DNA of 64,000 nt from Gemmatimonadota bacterium (GCA_039586815.1 JBDHJR010000015.1:2367-66366); one strand, 5' to 3'. Counted from the stretch's first letter, positions 54,174 to 63,084 are shown. The notes: generated by a model not told the origin, from the sequence alone. Numbers and translations: made by a program.

Positions 54174-55690
54174 TGCGCGCGCGCCGCGCGGCGCTCAACT
54201 ACGCGACGGGCGTGCTGTTCACCGCCGTCACCATGGTGGTGGGGCTCGTGGCCCTGCCCTTCCTGCTGGAGTGGCTCGGCGAGGAGCGCTACGGCGCGTG
54301 GCGCGCGGCCACCGACTGGTACGGCTACCTGTCGCTGCTGGAACTGGGCATCGGGGGCGCGCTCCTCCCGCTGCTGGCGCGCGCCGTGGGACAGGACGAC
54401 CGGGCGTCCGTGCGCACCACGATGGGGGCGGGCATCCGCGCGTACGCGCGCCAGACGGGGCTCATGGTGCTGGGCGGCCTCATACTCGTGATCGCTATCC
54501 GCTACCTCGTTCCGGTGAGCGAGTACAACCGGCCCGACATAACGCGGGCCGCGTTGGTGGCGACCGCGGCGCTGCTGCTCACCCCGCTGCTCCCCTTCCG
54601 CCACCTCACCGAGGCGCGGCAGCAAGGCTACCGCGTGAACCTCCTGCTGTTGTTCCAGAGCCTGATCATCACGAGTGCCGCTCTGCTACTGGCCTACAGC
54701 GGCTGGGGCATCACGGGACAGATGCTCGCGCTGCTGCTGGGCGGGGTGTTCTTCTTCGGCGTGCTCACGGCGGGCGAGCTGCGGCGCGACCCCGGCATGG
54801 CACGTGCCGCGCTCGGCACGGTGCGGCAGAGCGAGGCGTGGCGCGAGCTGTGGCAACTCAATCGGCCCACGCTGATCCGCCAGTTATGCGGGCGGGTGAG
54901 CGTGATGTCGGACCGCATCATCGTGGCGGCGCTGCTGGGCCCCGCCATGGTCGTACCGCTGTTCGTGACGCAACGGCTGGCCGAGCTGGCGCAGGGACAG
55001 ATGCAGGGCATCGGAACGGCCACCTGGGCGGGACTCGCCGAGCTCAACGCCCGGGGCGAGCGCGACACTTTCAACGCGCGCCTGCTGGAGCTCACCGGCC
55101 TGGTAGCCGCGTGGAGCATCGCGGTGCTGGCACCCATCGCGGCATACAACCACCACTTCGTGAGTCTCTGGGTGGGCGGGGAACGCTACGCCGGCGAACT
55201 GGTGACCGTCGTTGTGTGCGTAAACGGTCTGTTGCTGGCCGTGATCACGCTGTGGGATTGGGCGTTCGGAGGCACGGGCCTGGTGGCGCGGCTCGTACCC
55301 GTGAGCATCGTGTCCACGGTGATCAACCTGGGTCTCAGCCTGGCGCTGACACCGCGCTTCGGAGTGGCGGGACCGTTGCTGGGCACCATGTGCGCGACCC
55401 TGCTCACCGCAGCGTGGTACATGCCCGTTCTACTGCGCCGCACGTTCGGGATCGCGCCGGGCGCGCTGCTGCGCAGTATCGCGCTGCCGCTCGCGTGGGG
55501 CGTGCCTTACGTGCTCGCGCTGTGGCACCTGGCGCACAGTCGCGCCGCGATCGGTTGGGGCATGCTCGCCCTCGAGATGGCCGCCGGGGTGCTTGCATAC
55601 CTCGCCGCGTGGTGGCTGCTCATGCTCAGTGCCGAGCAGCGGGCCGTGAACCTGGCTCGGGTACGCGGCGTGCTGCGAGGCGGACCATGA
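54173..55690 (+). CDS. Wzx-like oligosaccharide flippase (MOP/Polysacc_synt family)
   Basis: 505 aa, about 12-14 TM helices, typical N-terminus ...NYATGVLFTAVTMVVGLVALPFLLEWLGEERYGAW. TGATG junction. Confidence 0.82.
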   Translation: MRARRAALNYATGVLFTAVTMVVGLVALPFLLEWLGEERYGAWRAATDWYGYLSLLELGIGGALLPLLARAVGQDDRASVRTTMGAGIRAYARQTGLMVLGGLILVIAIRYLVPVSEYNRPDITRAALVATAALLLTPLLPFRHLTEARQQGYRVNLLLLFQSLIITSAALLLAYSGWGITGQMLALLLGGVFFFGVLTAGELRRDPGMARAALGTVRQSEAWRELWQLNRPTLIRQLCGRVSVMSDRIIVAALLGPAMVVPLFVTQRLAELAQGQMQGIGTATWAGLAELNARGERDTFNARLLELTGLVAAWSIAVLAPIAAYNHHFVSLWVGGERYAGELVTVVVCVNGLLLAVITLWDWAFGGTGLVARLVPVSIVSTVINLGLSLALTPRFGVAGPLLGTMCATLLTAAWYMPVLLRRTFGIAPGALLRSIALPLAWGVPYVLALWHLAHSRAAIGWGMLALEMAAGVLAYLAAWWLLMLSAEQRAVNLARVRGVLRGGP

Positions 55691-56985
55691 GACTGGACTG
55701 GGTTCTCAACGCGCGATTGGCACTGACGGTCGGTGCGACACTGCGCGTGCTGGCGGCGGTGGTGCTGCTGGCCCTGCCGCAACACTTCCCGATGCGCGAC
55801 TACGAGGTTGTGGCGCCGGCCGACCTCACCTGGGGCGAGCGCGCGCTGTACCGGCCGCGCTACGCTCCGATCGCCGAAGACGAGACGGCCTACGACGCAC
55901 TGGGCCGCTCGATCGCCGCGGGCGACGGGTTCTTGCTGGGCAGCCACTGGGTGATCGCCCGCGCGGGGGAGCCGACGGCGTACGGGGGGGCGCTCTACCC
56001 CATGTTCGTCGCCGCCGTCTACAAGGTCACCGGAGGGCTGTTCCCACCAGTGGTCGCATTGCAGCTGCTGCTCTCGATTGCGGCCGTGTACGGCGTGGGC
56101 CGCATCGGGGCCTTCGTGGGCGGGCGCCCCACGGAGGCGCTCGCAGCTTGGGGCGCGGCGCTGCATCCGGGCCTCGTGATGGCACCTTCACTCATGATGA
56201 CCGAGGCGCTGAGCATCCCCGGCGCAGTGGCAATAGTGCTCGCGGCCAAGGCATGGCTCGACGCGCCGAGCGTGCGCCGCGCCGCGCTGTGTGGGCTGCT
56301 CATCGGCGCGGCATTCCTGGTGCGCTCGCCCTTGGGACTCATGGGCCTCGCAGTGAGCGGTGTCGCATTGCTGGTGCGCTGGAAACGCGGCGCCGGCGAG
56401 ACTCGTAGTCTGTTACAGCAGGCTGCCGTCGCGCTCGTTACCGCCGCGGTGGTGCTCGCCCCCTGGGTGGCCCGCAACCAGGCGCGGTACGACCGCTTCG
56501 TGCTGAGCGACACCAAGTCGGGCGTGAACCTGTGGGCATTCAACCGGCCGCCCGAGGCGCCCGGCTGGCCCAACGTGGACCGACTCAACGAGGCGGAGCG
56601 CGACGCACACTTCCGGCAGCTCGCCCGGCAGAACATTACGCGCTACCCGGGCTGGTTCACGGCGACCACGCTGTCTCGTGCGCTGCGCTACTGGTGGCCG
56701 GTGCCGCGCAGGGCCGTGAACCTGGTGCACTGGGCCGGGGTGGCCGTGTACACGCTGGCCACGCTGCTGGCCATGCTGGGCTTGATTCTGTTGTTCAGGA
56801 GGCTGCGCCGTTTCGGACCGGAGTGGTTGGTAGTGACGGGCGTGGCGGTGTCATGGGGCCTATCGGCGCTGACCGCCGTAGGCCTGAGGCATCGGCTCAC
56901 GGGGGAGCCCCTGCTCATGGTGTGCGCGGGTCTCGCATTGGCGACACTGCTCCTCGTACGCCGGCCGGCACTGGAGAGCGAATGA
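55687..56985 (+). CDS. GT-C fold membrane glycosyltransferase (ArnT/PMT_2-like)
   Basis: 432 aa, multi-TM. First periplasmic loop carries EDETAYDALGRSIAAGDGF (DE..Y-type motif). ATGA overlap. The upstream 560 aa of the 992-aa ORF-track frame were rejected. Confidence 0.7.
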   Translation: MRLDWVLNARLALTVGATLRVLAAVVLLALPQHFPMRDYEVVAPADLTWGERALYRPRYAPIAEDETAYDALGRSIAAGDGFLLGSHWVIARAGEPTAYGGALYPMFVAAVYKVTGGLFPPVVALQLLLSIAAVYGVGRIGAFVGGRPTEALAAWGAALHPGLVMAPSLMMTEALSIPGAVAIVLAAKAWLDAPSVRRAALCGLLIGAAFLVRSPLGLMGLAVSGVALLVRWKRGAGETRSLLQQAAVALVTAAVVLAPWVARNQARYDRFVLSDTKSGVNLWAFNRPPEAPGWPNVDRLNEAERDAHFRQLARQNITRYPGWFTATTLSRALRYWWPVPRRAVNLVHWAGVAVYTLATLLAMLGLILLFRRLRRFGPEWLVVTGVAVSWGLSALTAVGLRHRLTGEPLLMVCAGLALATLLLVRRPALESE

Positions 56986-58061
56986 ACATTGGGTTCGTGG
57001 TGCACGACTTCGACACACGCGAGGGCCACGGCCGCTACGCGGTGGAGCTGGTGCGCCGCCTGGCAAAGGAGCACGACGTAACCGTGTACGCCAAGAGCCA
57101 GGTAGCCCCGCTGCCCGAGGACGTGCGCTTCCGCGTGGTACCGGCCGTGAGCCGTCCGGCCCACGCCACGATCCTCTCGTTCCCCGCGGCGTTCGCCGCC
57201 GTTCGCGCGCGGCACGACGTGGTGCACGTTCAGGGGTGGAGCGCGCTCTCAGCCGACGTGGCCACGGCTCACATCGTGATGGCGGCGTGGCGCAGCGCCG
57301 TGCGCAACACCGGCGTGGAACCGGGGCTCGGCGAGCGGCTGCTGGGCGGCGTGGTGGAGTCGCGCGAGGCGCGGTTCTACCGCCAGCGGGTAACCGCCGT
57401 GATCGCTCCGAGCCACCGCGTCCGCGACGACCTCGCCACCCATTACGACCGGAGCGAAGGCGTCAGCGTGATCCCCCACGGATTCCCCCCGGCCCAGGCG
57501 CTGGACGCGGCAGAGGCCCGCTACCGTTTCCAGTTGCCGGAGGAGGGAGTCGTAGCGCTGTACGCCGGTGATGCACGCAAGGGGCTCGACGTGGTACTCA
57601 AGGCCGCTTCGCAGGCACCGGCGGTGCGGCTGCTCGTGGTGAGCCGCTCGGAGCTGGAGCCGTACCAATCTCTGGCGCAGCGTCAGGGGATCGCCGAGAG
57701 AGTCTGGTGGGTGAACGGCCTGGAGGATCTCACGCCGGCCTACGCTGCAGCCGACGTGCTGCTCCACCCCACGATCTACGATGCCTTCGGACTGGTGGTG
57801 GCCGAGGCCATGGCACACGGGGTAGTGCCGGTGGTGTCGCGCGCGGCCGGCGTCGCGGAGTTCGTCACCGACCGGGAGTCGGGCTGGCTCGTGCGACCGC
57901 GCCATCCCGAGGACTGTACCGCCGCGCTGCAGGCCTTTGCCAAGGATGCGGCGCTGCGCGAACGCATGGCGCGGGAGGCGCACGCGGCAGCCGCACGCCG
58001 CACCTGGGACGACGTGGCACGCGAGACGCTGGCCGTCTACGAGGACGCACGCCGTTCCTGA
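56982..58061 (+). CDS. GT4-family glycosyltransferase
   Basis: MNIGFVVHDFDTREGHGRY and LLHPTIYDAFGLVVAEAMAHGVVPVV (EX7E). ATGA overlap. Confidence 0.9.
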   Translation: MNIGFVVHDFDTREGHGRYAVELVRRLAKEHDVTVYAKSQVAPLPEDVRFRVVPAVSRPAHATILSFPAAFAAVRARHDVVHVQGWSALSADVATAHIVMAAWRSAVRNTGVEPGLGERLLGGVVESREARFYRQRVTAVIAPSHRVRDDLATHYDRSEGVSVIPHGFPPAQALDAAEARYRFQLPEEGVVALYAGDARKGLDVVLKAASQAPAVRLLVVSRSELEPYQSLAQRQGIAERVWWVNGLEDLTPAYAAADVLLHPTIYDAFGLVVAEAMAHGVVPVVSRAAGVAEFVTDRESGWLVRPRHPEDCTAALQAFAKDAALRERMAREAHAAAARRTWDDVARETLAVYEDARRS

Positions 58062-59185
58062 TGCGGGTCGCCGTCCTGTCGCACACCTACGTCGAGCGGG
58101 AGAACCGCAAGAAGCTGTACGCCGTAGCCGAGCAGTCGGTCGACGTGACGCTGTACGCGCCGGAGCGGTGGCGCGAAGGGGAGCTGGGACGCGAGTGGCA
58201 CGTCACGGCCGAGACCGATCACGAGGTGCAGGTGGTGCCGCTTCCCGTGCGACGCCCGCTCGAGAGTCCCGCCGCAGCGTGGTGGGGCCTCGGACCGCTC
58301 GGGGATGCCCTGGCCGCGCGACGGCACGACCTGGTGCACGTGGAGGAGGAGCCGTGGTCCCTGGTGTCACGCGGCGCGGTGCGCGCGGCGCGGCGTGCCG
58401 GTGTCCCCGCCACGATGTTCACCTGGAACAACCTGCCGCACCATCCACCCTGGCCGCTGTCGATTGTGGCGCGCGCGGTGGCACCGCGCTACGACGGGTG
58501 GGTAGCCGGCAACCAGGCCGCCGCGAACCTGCTGCGGCGCCTCAGTAGCGACAAGCCGCTGCTGGTACTGCCGCAGTTGGGGATCGACAGTCCGACACGG
58601 CGCACGCAGCAATCCGAGAGCCACGACGGTCTCACCGTCGGCTACGTGGGCCGCCTGGTGCCCGAGAAGGGGGTATCGGACCTGCTCGACGCCCTGGCTC
58701 GGACACGCGCCCCGTGGCGGCTCGCGTTGGTGGGCGCCGGACCGGCGCGCAGTGACCTCGAGCGTCGGGCGCACCAGCTCGGAGTTGCGGAGCGCGTCGC
58801 ATTCCGCGGGGCGGTGCCGCACGACGCGGTCCAGGAGATTCTGAGACAGCTCGACGTGCTGGTCCTGCCGTCTCACACCACGCCGCGCTGGGCCGAGCAG
58901 TTCGGCCATGTGCTGCTGGAAGCGATGGCCGCCGGGGCCGTCGTAGTAGGGTCCGACTCCGGAGCGATCCCCGAGGTGATCGGTGAGGCGGGCATGGTGT
59001 TCCCCGAGGGCGACGTCGCCGCCCTGGCGGCCGCGCTGACCACCCTCGCCACCGACCCGAACACGCGCAAGCGGCTGCGCGCAGCCGGCTACGCGCGCGC
59101 GGAGGCGTACTCTCACACGCAGGTAGCACAGCGGCTGATCGCCTTCTGGCAGCAGGTAACCTCGGCCCTTACCTTGTCGGCGTGA
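58061..59185 (+). CDS. GT4-family glycosyltransferase
   Basis: YVGRLVPEKGVSDLLDAL and LVLPSHTTPRWAEQFGHVLLEAMAAGAVVV. TGATG junction. Confidence 0.9.
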   Translation: MRVAVLSHTYVERENRKKLYAVAEQSVDVTLYAPERWREGELGREWHVTAETDHEVQVVPLPVRRPLESPAAAWWGLGPLGDALAARRHDLVHVEEEPWSLVSRGAVRAARRAGVPATMFTWNNLPHHPPWPLSIVARAVAPRYDGWVAGNQAAANLLRRLSSDKPLLVLPQLGIDSPTRRTQQSESHDGLTVGYVGRLVPEKGVSDLLDALARTRAPWRLALVGAGPARSDLERRAHQLGVAERVAFRGAVPHDAVQEILRQLDVLVLPSHTTPRWAEQFGHVLLEAMAAGAVVVGSDSGAIPEVIGEAGMVFPEGDVAALAAALTTLATDPNTRKRLRAAGYARAEAYSHTQVAQRLIAFWQQVTSALTLSA

Positions 59186-60537
59186 CTGAAGCCACCCGGC
59201 TCACGGGCCGCTGGACCGATGTCTTCCGAACGGACGCGATGGTGCACGTCGCGCTCATGGCCAGCATCGTGTTCGCGACCTTTCAGGGTTACATCAAGGA
59301 TCGCGTTGCCGGCCCCGCGGGGTACATCCTGGCCGATGGCGCCTTCGCGCTCGCCGCGCTGGTGTGGTTCGGGACGATGGCGCTGCGGCGGGAGTCGATC
59401 CGGGGCCCGGGCGCGCTCCCGGTGTTGCTTCTCGTGATCGTCGGCGTGCCGATCCTGTATCTGATCCACCCCGGCACACCGCTGCTGGTGAAGCTCGCCG
59501 GGCTGCGCGCATGGAGCGTGTTCCCGCTGGCGGCTCTCATCGCACTGAGCGTGGTGCGCAATGCGGGCCAGCTGCGCGCGTACACCGGACTCATCATCGG
59601 GCTGTGCATCGTCACGGCGTTGTACGGCATCTACCAGTACACCAGGGGACCCGAAGTCCTGCTGGACGCGGGACCACTCGCCCTCGAGCGACACGGCACG
59701 AGCATCTACTACTCCATCGGGGGGACTCAAGGTTTCCGCGCCTTCTCCACGTTCACATTCCCGGGGCCGTTCGCGGGCATGATGGTGTTCGGCATCCTGC
59801 TGGCCGCGGGGATCGTAGTGACCAAGGTTTGGCGCCTGCGGGCCCGCTGGCTGGCAGCCCTGCTCATCCCATTGTTCTTCGCGGGGATGACCGTATCCGG
59901 CACGCGCGCGGCCCTGATCGTTCTCATCGGGGGTCTGTTGACGCTCGCATGGTTCCGGCGCCTGTCGCTCACGCAGCTGCTGCTGATACCCGTGGCCGCG
60001 CTGGCGGTGCACATCGGCACGATCGTCACGGCAGGCCAGATCACCGAGCGCTATCGCTCCGTGCTGCTGCAGGAGGGGCTGCTGTGGACTTACCTCACGC
60101 TCCCCGTGCGCACGGCGTACAACTACGTGATCGAGTACCCGTTCGGCCTGGGACTGGGCCGCACCGGGGTGGGCGTGCCCTTCGCGATCACCAGCCGCAT
60201 GCCGCGCGACTACTTCGTGTTCACCGACGGAGACATAGGGCGCGCGGGGGTGGAGCTCGGGATCGTGGGCATCGCCATCCTGGTGCTGATCCTGATCGCG
60301 CTGTTCCGCTACATCCCCTGGGCCATCAAGACGCTGCGCCAGGGACCTGCCCAGGACTTCGCCCTGGGCGCCGGATCGCTGGTGTTCGCCACGGCGTTGC
60401 TGTTGCTCATCGGCTCGCCGTTCTCGGCGGTGCCGCACGGCATCATCTGGTGGTTCTTCTTCGGGGCGCTGATCAAGCTGGCGCTGCTGGAATACGACCG
60501 GCAGGTGGCGGCGCAGCCGGAGCCGGCACCCGCGTGA
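59182..60537 (+). CDS. O-antigen ligase/Wzy_C-family membrane protein (polymerase, ligase or O-oligosaccharyltransferase)
   Basis: 451 aa, about 11-12 TM helices, with a Wzy_C-like block ...GMTVSGTRAALIVLIGGLLTLAWF. GTGA overlap. Confidence 0.78.
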   Translation: MTEATRLTGRWTDVFRTDAMVHVALMASIVFATFQGYIKDRVAGPAGYILADGAFALAALVWFGTMALRRESIRGPGALPVLLLVIVGVPILYLIHPGTPLLVKLAGLRAWSVFPLAALIALSVVRNAGQLRAYTGLIIGLCIVTALYGIYQYTRGPEVLLDAGPLALERHGTSIYYSIGGTQGFRAFSTFTFPGPFAGMMVFGILLAAGIVVTKVWRLRARWLAALLIPLFFAGMTVSGTRAALIVLIGGLLTLAWFRRLSLTQLLLIPVAALAVHIGTIVTAGQITERYRSVLLQEGLLWTYLTLPVRTAYNYVIEYPFGLGLGRTGVGVPFAITSRMPRDYFVFTDGDIGRAGVELGIVGIAILVLILIALFRYIPWAIKTLRQGPAQDFALGAGSLVFATALLLLIGSPFSAVPHGIIWWFFFGALIKLALLEYDRQVAAQPEPAPA

Positions 60538-61655
60538 CCTCAGTTCTCCTCGTCCCGGACCTCCCCATCGAACACTGGCCCTCCATGGACCGCTATGCCT
60601 TGCGCCTGGAGGGAGGGCTGAAGCAGCACGTGCCCGAGCTGGAGATCACGGTCGCGGGCGAGATCGCGGATCTCACCCAGGACGGCGCGGTGAGCGTGCC
60701 GCCGCGCGCCGTGGGCGACGTGCGGCGCTACGTAGCTCGCTACTTGCGCTACCCCCGGCGCGTGCGGCGCATGAAGGGCGCCGTGATGCACCTGCTGGAC
60801 CACTCCTACGGTCACATCCTGCTGCAGAAGCGCCAGCGCCCCGCCGTCGTAACGGTGCACGACCTCTTGCCGTTGATCACGGTGCGGCGCGGCTCACACT
60901 CGTTGCGCGAGCGGCTGCGCAACTGGCTGCTGGAAAGGGTGCTCGAGGGGCTGAGGCAAGCCGACGCCTGGATCGTGGGCACCGAATGGCTCAAGCAGGA
61001 GCTGAGCGCCTGGCTCGAGCGCGAGGAGGGGATACACGTGGTGCCGTTCGGGGTGGACGACGCCTTCTTCGAGCCCCCCTGGGAATCGCGCGAGGCAATA
61101 CGCCAGCGCTGGGGGCTGCCGCCCGGCGCCTTCGTGGTGCTCCACGTGGGAAGTGTGGGCGAGCGCAAGAACATCCCCGCCGTGATCGCGGCGGTAGCCG
61201 GCCTGAGGGACGTGGGCGTGGAGGCATGGATGCTCCAAGTAGGAGGTACGCTCACGGCCGCCCAGCGCGGGGAGCTTGCGAAGCGCGGTATTCAGGCGTA
61301 CGTCAAGGCGGTCGGCGAGGCAGCCGAGCCCGACCTCAGGGCCGCCTACCGGGCCTCGGACGTTTTGCTGTTCCCCTCCAAGTACGAGGGCTTCGGGTTC
61401 CCCGTACTGGAGGCCATGGCTTCGGAGGTCCCGGCGGTGTGCTCCGGCGCCGGCGGGCTCACGGAGGTGGCGGGAGACGCCGCCGTCGTAGTGGGCGAGC
61501 GCGAGACACAGCCGTACGTGGAAGCGCTCAGGCGGCTCGCCGAGGACAGAGGCTGGCGCGAGGAACTCGTGGCACGAGGTCGCGAGCGCGCCGCGCGCTA
61601 CCGCTGGGCCGACACCGCACGCCGAACCGCAGAGGTCTACAGCAGCCTTGTCTGA
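60534..61655 (+). CDS. GT4-family glycosyltransferase
   Basis: HVGSVGERKNIPAVIAAV and LLFPSKYEGFGFPVLEAMASEVPAV (EX7E). GTGA overlap. Confidence 0.9.
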   Translation: MTSVLLVPDLPIEHWPSMDRYALRLEGGLKQHVPELEITVAGEIADLTQDGAVSVPPRAVGDVRRYVARYLRYPRRVRRMKGAVMHLLDHSYGHILLQKRQRPAVVTVHDLLPLITVRRGSHSLRERLRNWLLERVLEGLRQADAWIVGTEWLKQELSAWLEREEGIHVVPFGVDDAFFEPPWESREAIRQRWGLPPGAFVVLHVGSVGERKNIPAVIAAVAGLRDVGVEAWMLQVGGTLTAAQRGELAKRGIQAYVKAVGEAAEPDLRAAYRASDVLLFPSKYEGFGFPVLEAMASEVPAVCSGAGGLTEVAGDAAVVVGERETQPYVEALRRLAEDRGWREELVARGRERAARYRWADTARRTAEVYSSLV

Positions 61656-63084
61656 AATCAAACCACTGGTGGTCACTGCCGTCGCCGCTTCCGCTCAGCT
61701 GGGCGGGACCGAGCGGGTGCTGCTCGACTTCGCCAACCGCGCGTTCGAGCACGAGATCGCGTTGCGCGTGCTCACTCCGCGCGACGGGCCCCTGGTGGAC
61801 ATCCTCAACAAGATCGGAGTGCCCACTGAGGTCGTGCCGGCCTCCAGGGCCATGCTCACCGGTTCGCAGCGTGAGGGAGCGCTATGGACCCTTCCCGGTG
61901 CCGTTCTGGGGCTGATGGGCTGGTCCAGGAAGCTCAGGGAGCACCGCTTCATCAATGAGGCGAAAGTCATCTACACAGTCGCCTTCAAGACGCACTTCGC
62001 GGCCGCCGTGGCGCGATTGCATCCCGTGGTGTGGCACCTGCACGAGTTCCCCCCGACGATGACCGGCCGGATGTGGCAGATGATGGCGAAGCGGGTACCG
62101 GACCACATGATCGCGGTGAGTGAGGCGATTGGGGACGCATGGGCAGACCCGGGAGAGGATGAGGCCGGGAAGCGGGAAGCGGGAAGCGGGAAGGGTACGA
62201 CCGGGGGACATTGGAACCGCTGGCGCAGCCGCTGGGGGCAGGTCGAGCCGCCACCGATCACCGTGGTGCGCAACGGAGTGAACCTGGACCGCTTCAAGCC
62301 GCGCGAGCGGACCTACTGGATTCACGAGAGACTTGGCATCCCGCGCGAGCATCGCATCATCGGCATGCCGGCCGTGTTCGCCCGCTGGAAGGGCCAGCTC
62401 GAGGTGATCGAGGCGTTCTCCCGGATCTGCGACGACTTCCCCGACACCCACCTGGTGATCATAGGTGGCAGCATCTACGACACCGCGGCCGAGCGGGAGT
62501 ACGGCGAGGAGCTGCTCAAGACCACTGGCGAGTGGGGCCTGGCGCGTGGCACTGCGCTGGGCAGCGGGGAGTGGGGACCGATATCGGAGCTGACCGGCGG
62601 GGAACACGGAACTCCGCCCAGCTGGCGCGACGCGGGCAAACGCGATCCCGACGCGGAGCGCGTGCCGGCCGAGGCGGCGCGGCTACAGCGGGTGCACCTG
62701 ATGCCGTTCCAACGCGAGATCGAGCTGGCCTACCCCGACTTCGAGCTGGCGGTGCATTACTCCCTGAGACCCGAGCCGTTCGGGCGCGTGGTGCTGGAGG
62801 CGATGGCGTGCGGCGTGCCCATCATCGCCGCCGCCGAGGGCGGCCCGCTCGAGATCGTGGGTGACGGCATCGGCCCGCGCCGCGAGGCCGGCTGGCTGGC
62901 CGAGCCGCGCAATCCCGATGAGCTGGCACGCGTCATGGCGTCGGCGCTGAGCCTGCCGCGCGAGGTGCTCCAGTCGGTCGGTGCCGCCGGCCGGCGCCGG
63001 GCGGAGGACGAGTTTTCCTCGCGGCACTTCTCGGGCAACGTGGCCCAGGTGCTGAAGGCGGTGGGGGGAGCAGTTGCCCGCTGA
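61648..63084 (+). CDS. GT4-family glycosyltransferase carrying two low-complexity insertions
   Basis: GGTERVLLDFA N-terminus and HYSLRPEPFGRVVLEAMACGVPIIAA (EX7E). TTG start with an 8-nt overlap. Extra Gly/Trp/Lys/Glu-rich segments at about aa 165-205 and 292-345. Confidence 0.85.
   Translation: MSEIKPLVVTAVAASAQLGGTERVLLDFANRAFEHEIALRVLTPRDGPLVDILNKIGVPTEVVPASRAMLTGSQREGALWTLPGAVLGLMGWSRKLREHRFINEAKVIYTVAFKTHFAAAVARLHPVVWHLHEFPPTMTGRMWQMMAKRVPDHMIAVSEAIGDAWADPGEDEAGKREAGSGKGTTGGHWNRWRSRWGQVEPPPITVVRNGVNLDRFKPRERTYWIHERLGIPREHRIIGMPAVFARWKGQLEVIEAFSRICDDFPDTHLVIIGGSIYDTAAEREYGEELLKTTGEWGLARGTALGSGEWGPISELTGGEHGTPPSWRDAGKRDPDAERVPAEAARLQRVHLMPFQREIELAYPDFELAVHYSLRPEPFGRVVLEAMACGVPIIAAAEGGPLEIVGDGIGPRREAGWLAEPRNPDELARVMASALSLPREVLQSVGAAGRRRAEDEFSSRHFSGNVAQVLKAVGGAVAR
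62166..62195 (+). repeat. Perfect heptanucleotide tandem repeat (CGGGAAG)x4 followed by GG, in frame in the glycosyltransferase
   Basis: Read directly: CGGGAAG CGGGAAG CGGGAAG CGGGAAG GG. Encodes AGKREAGSGKG. Five G3 runs separated by 4-nt or shorter loops. Confidence 0.9.

Noticed and set aside
54007-55686. N-terminal 560 aa of the 992-aa ORF 54007-56985.
   Set aside because: This part overlaps the well-supported flippase in another frame and is Arg/Gly/Ala junk. The credible protein (GT-C) starts at ATG 55687, with an ATGA overlap.
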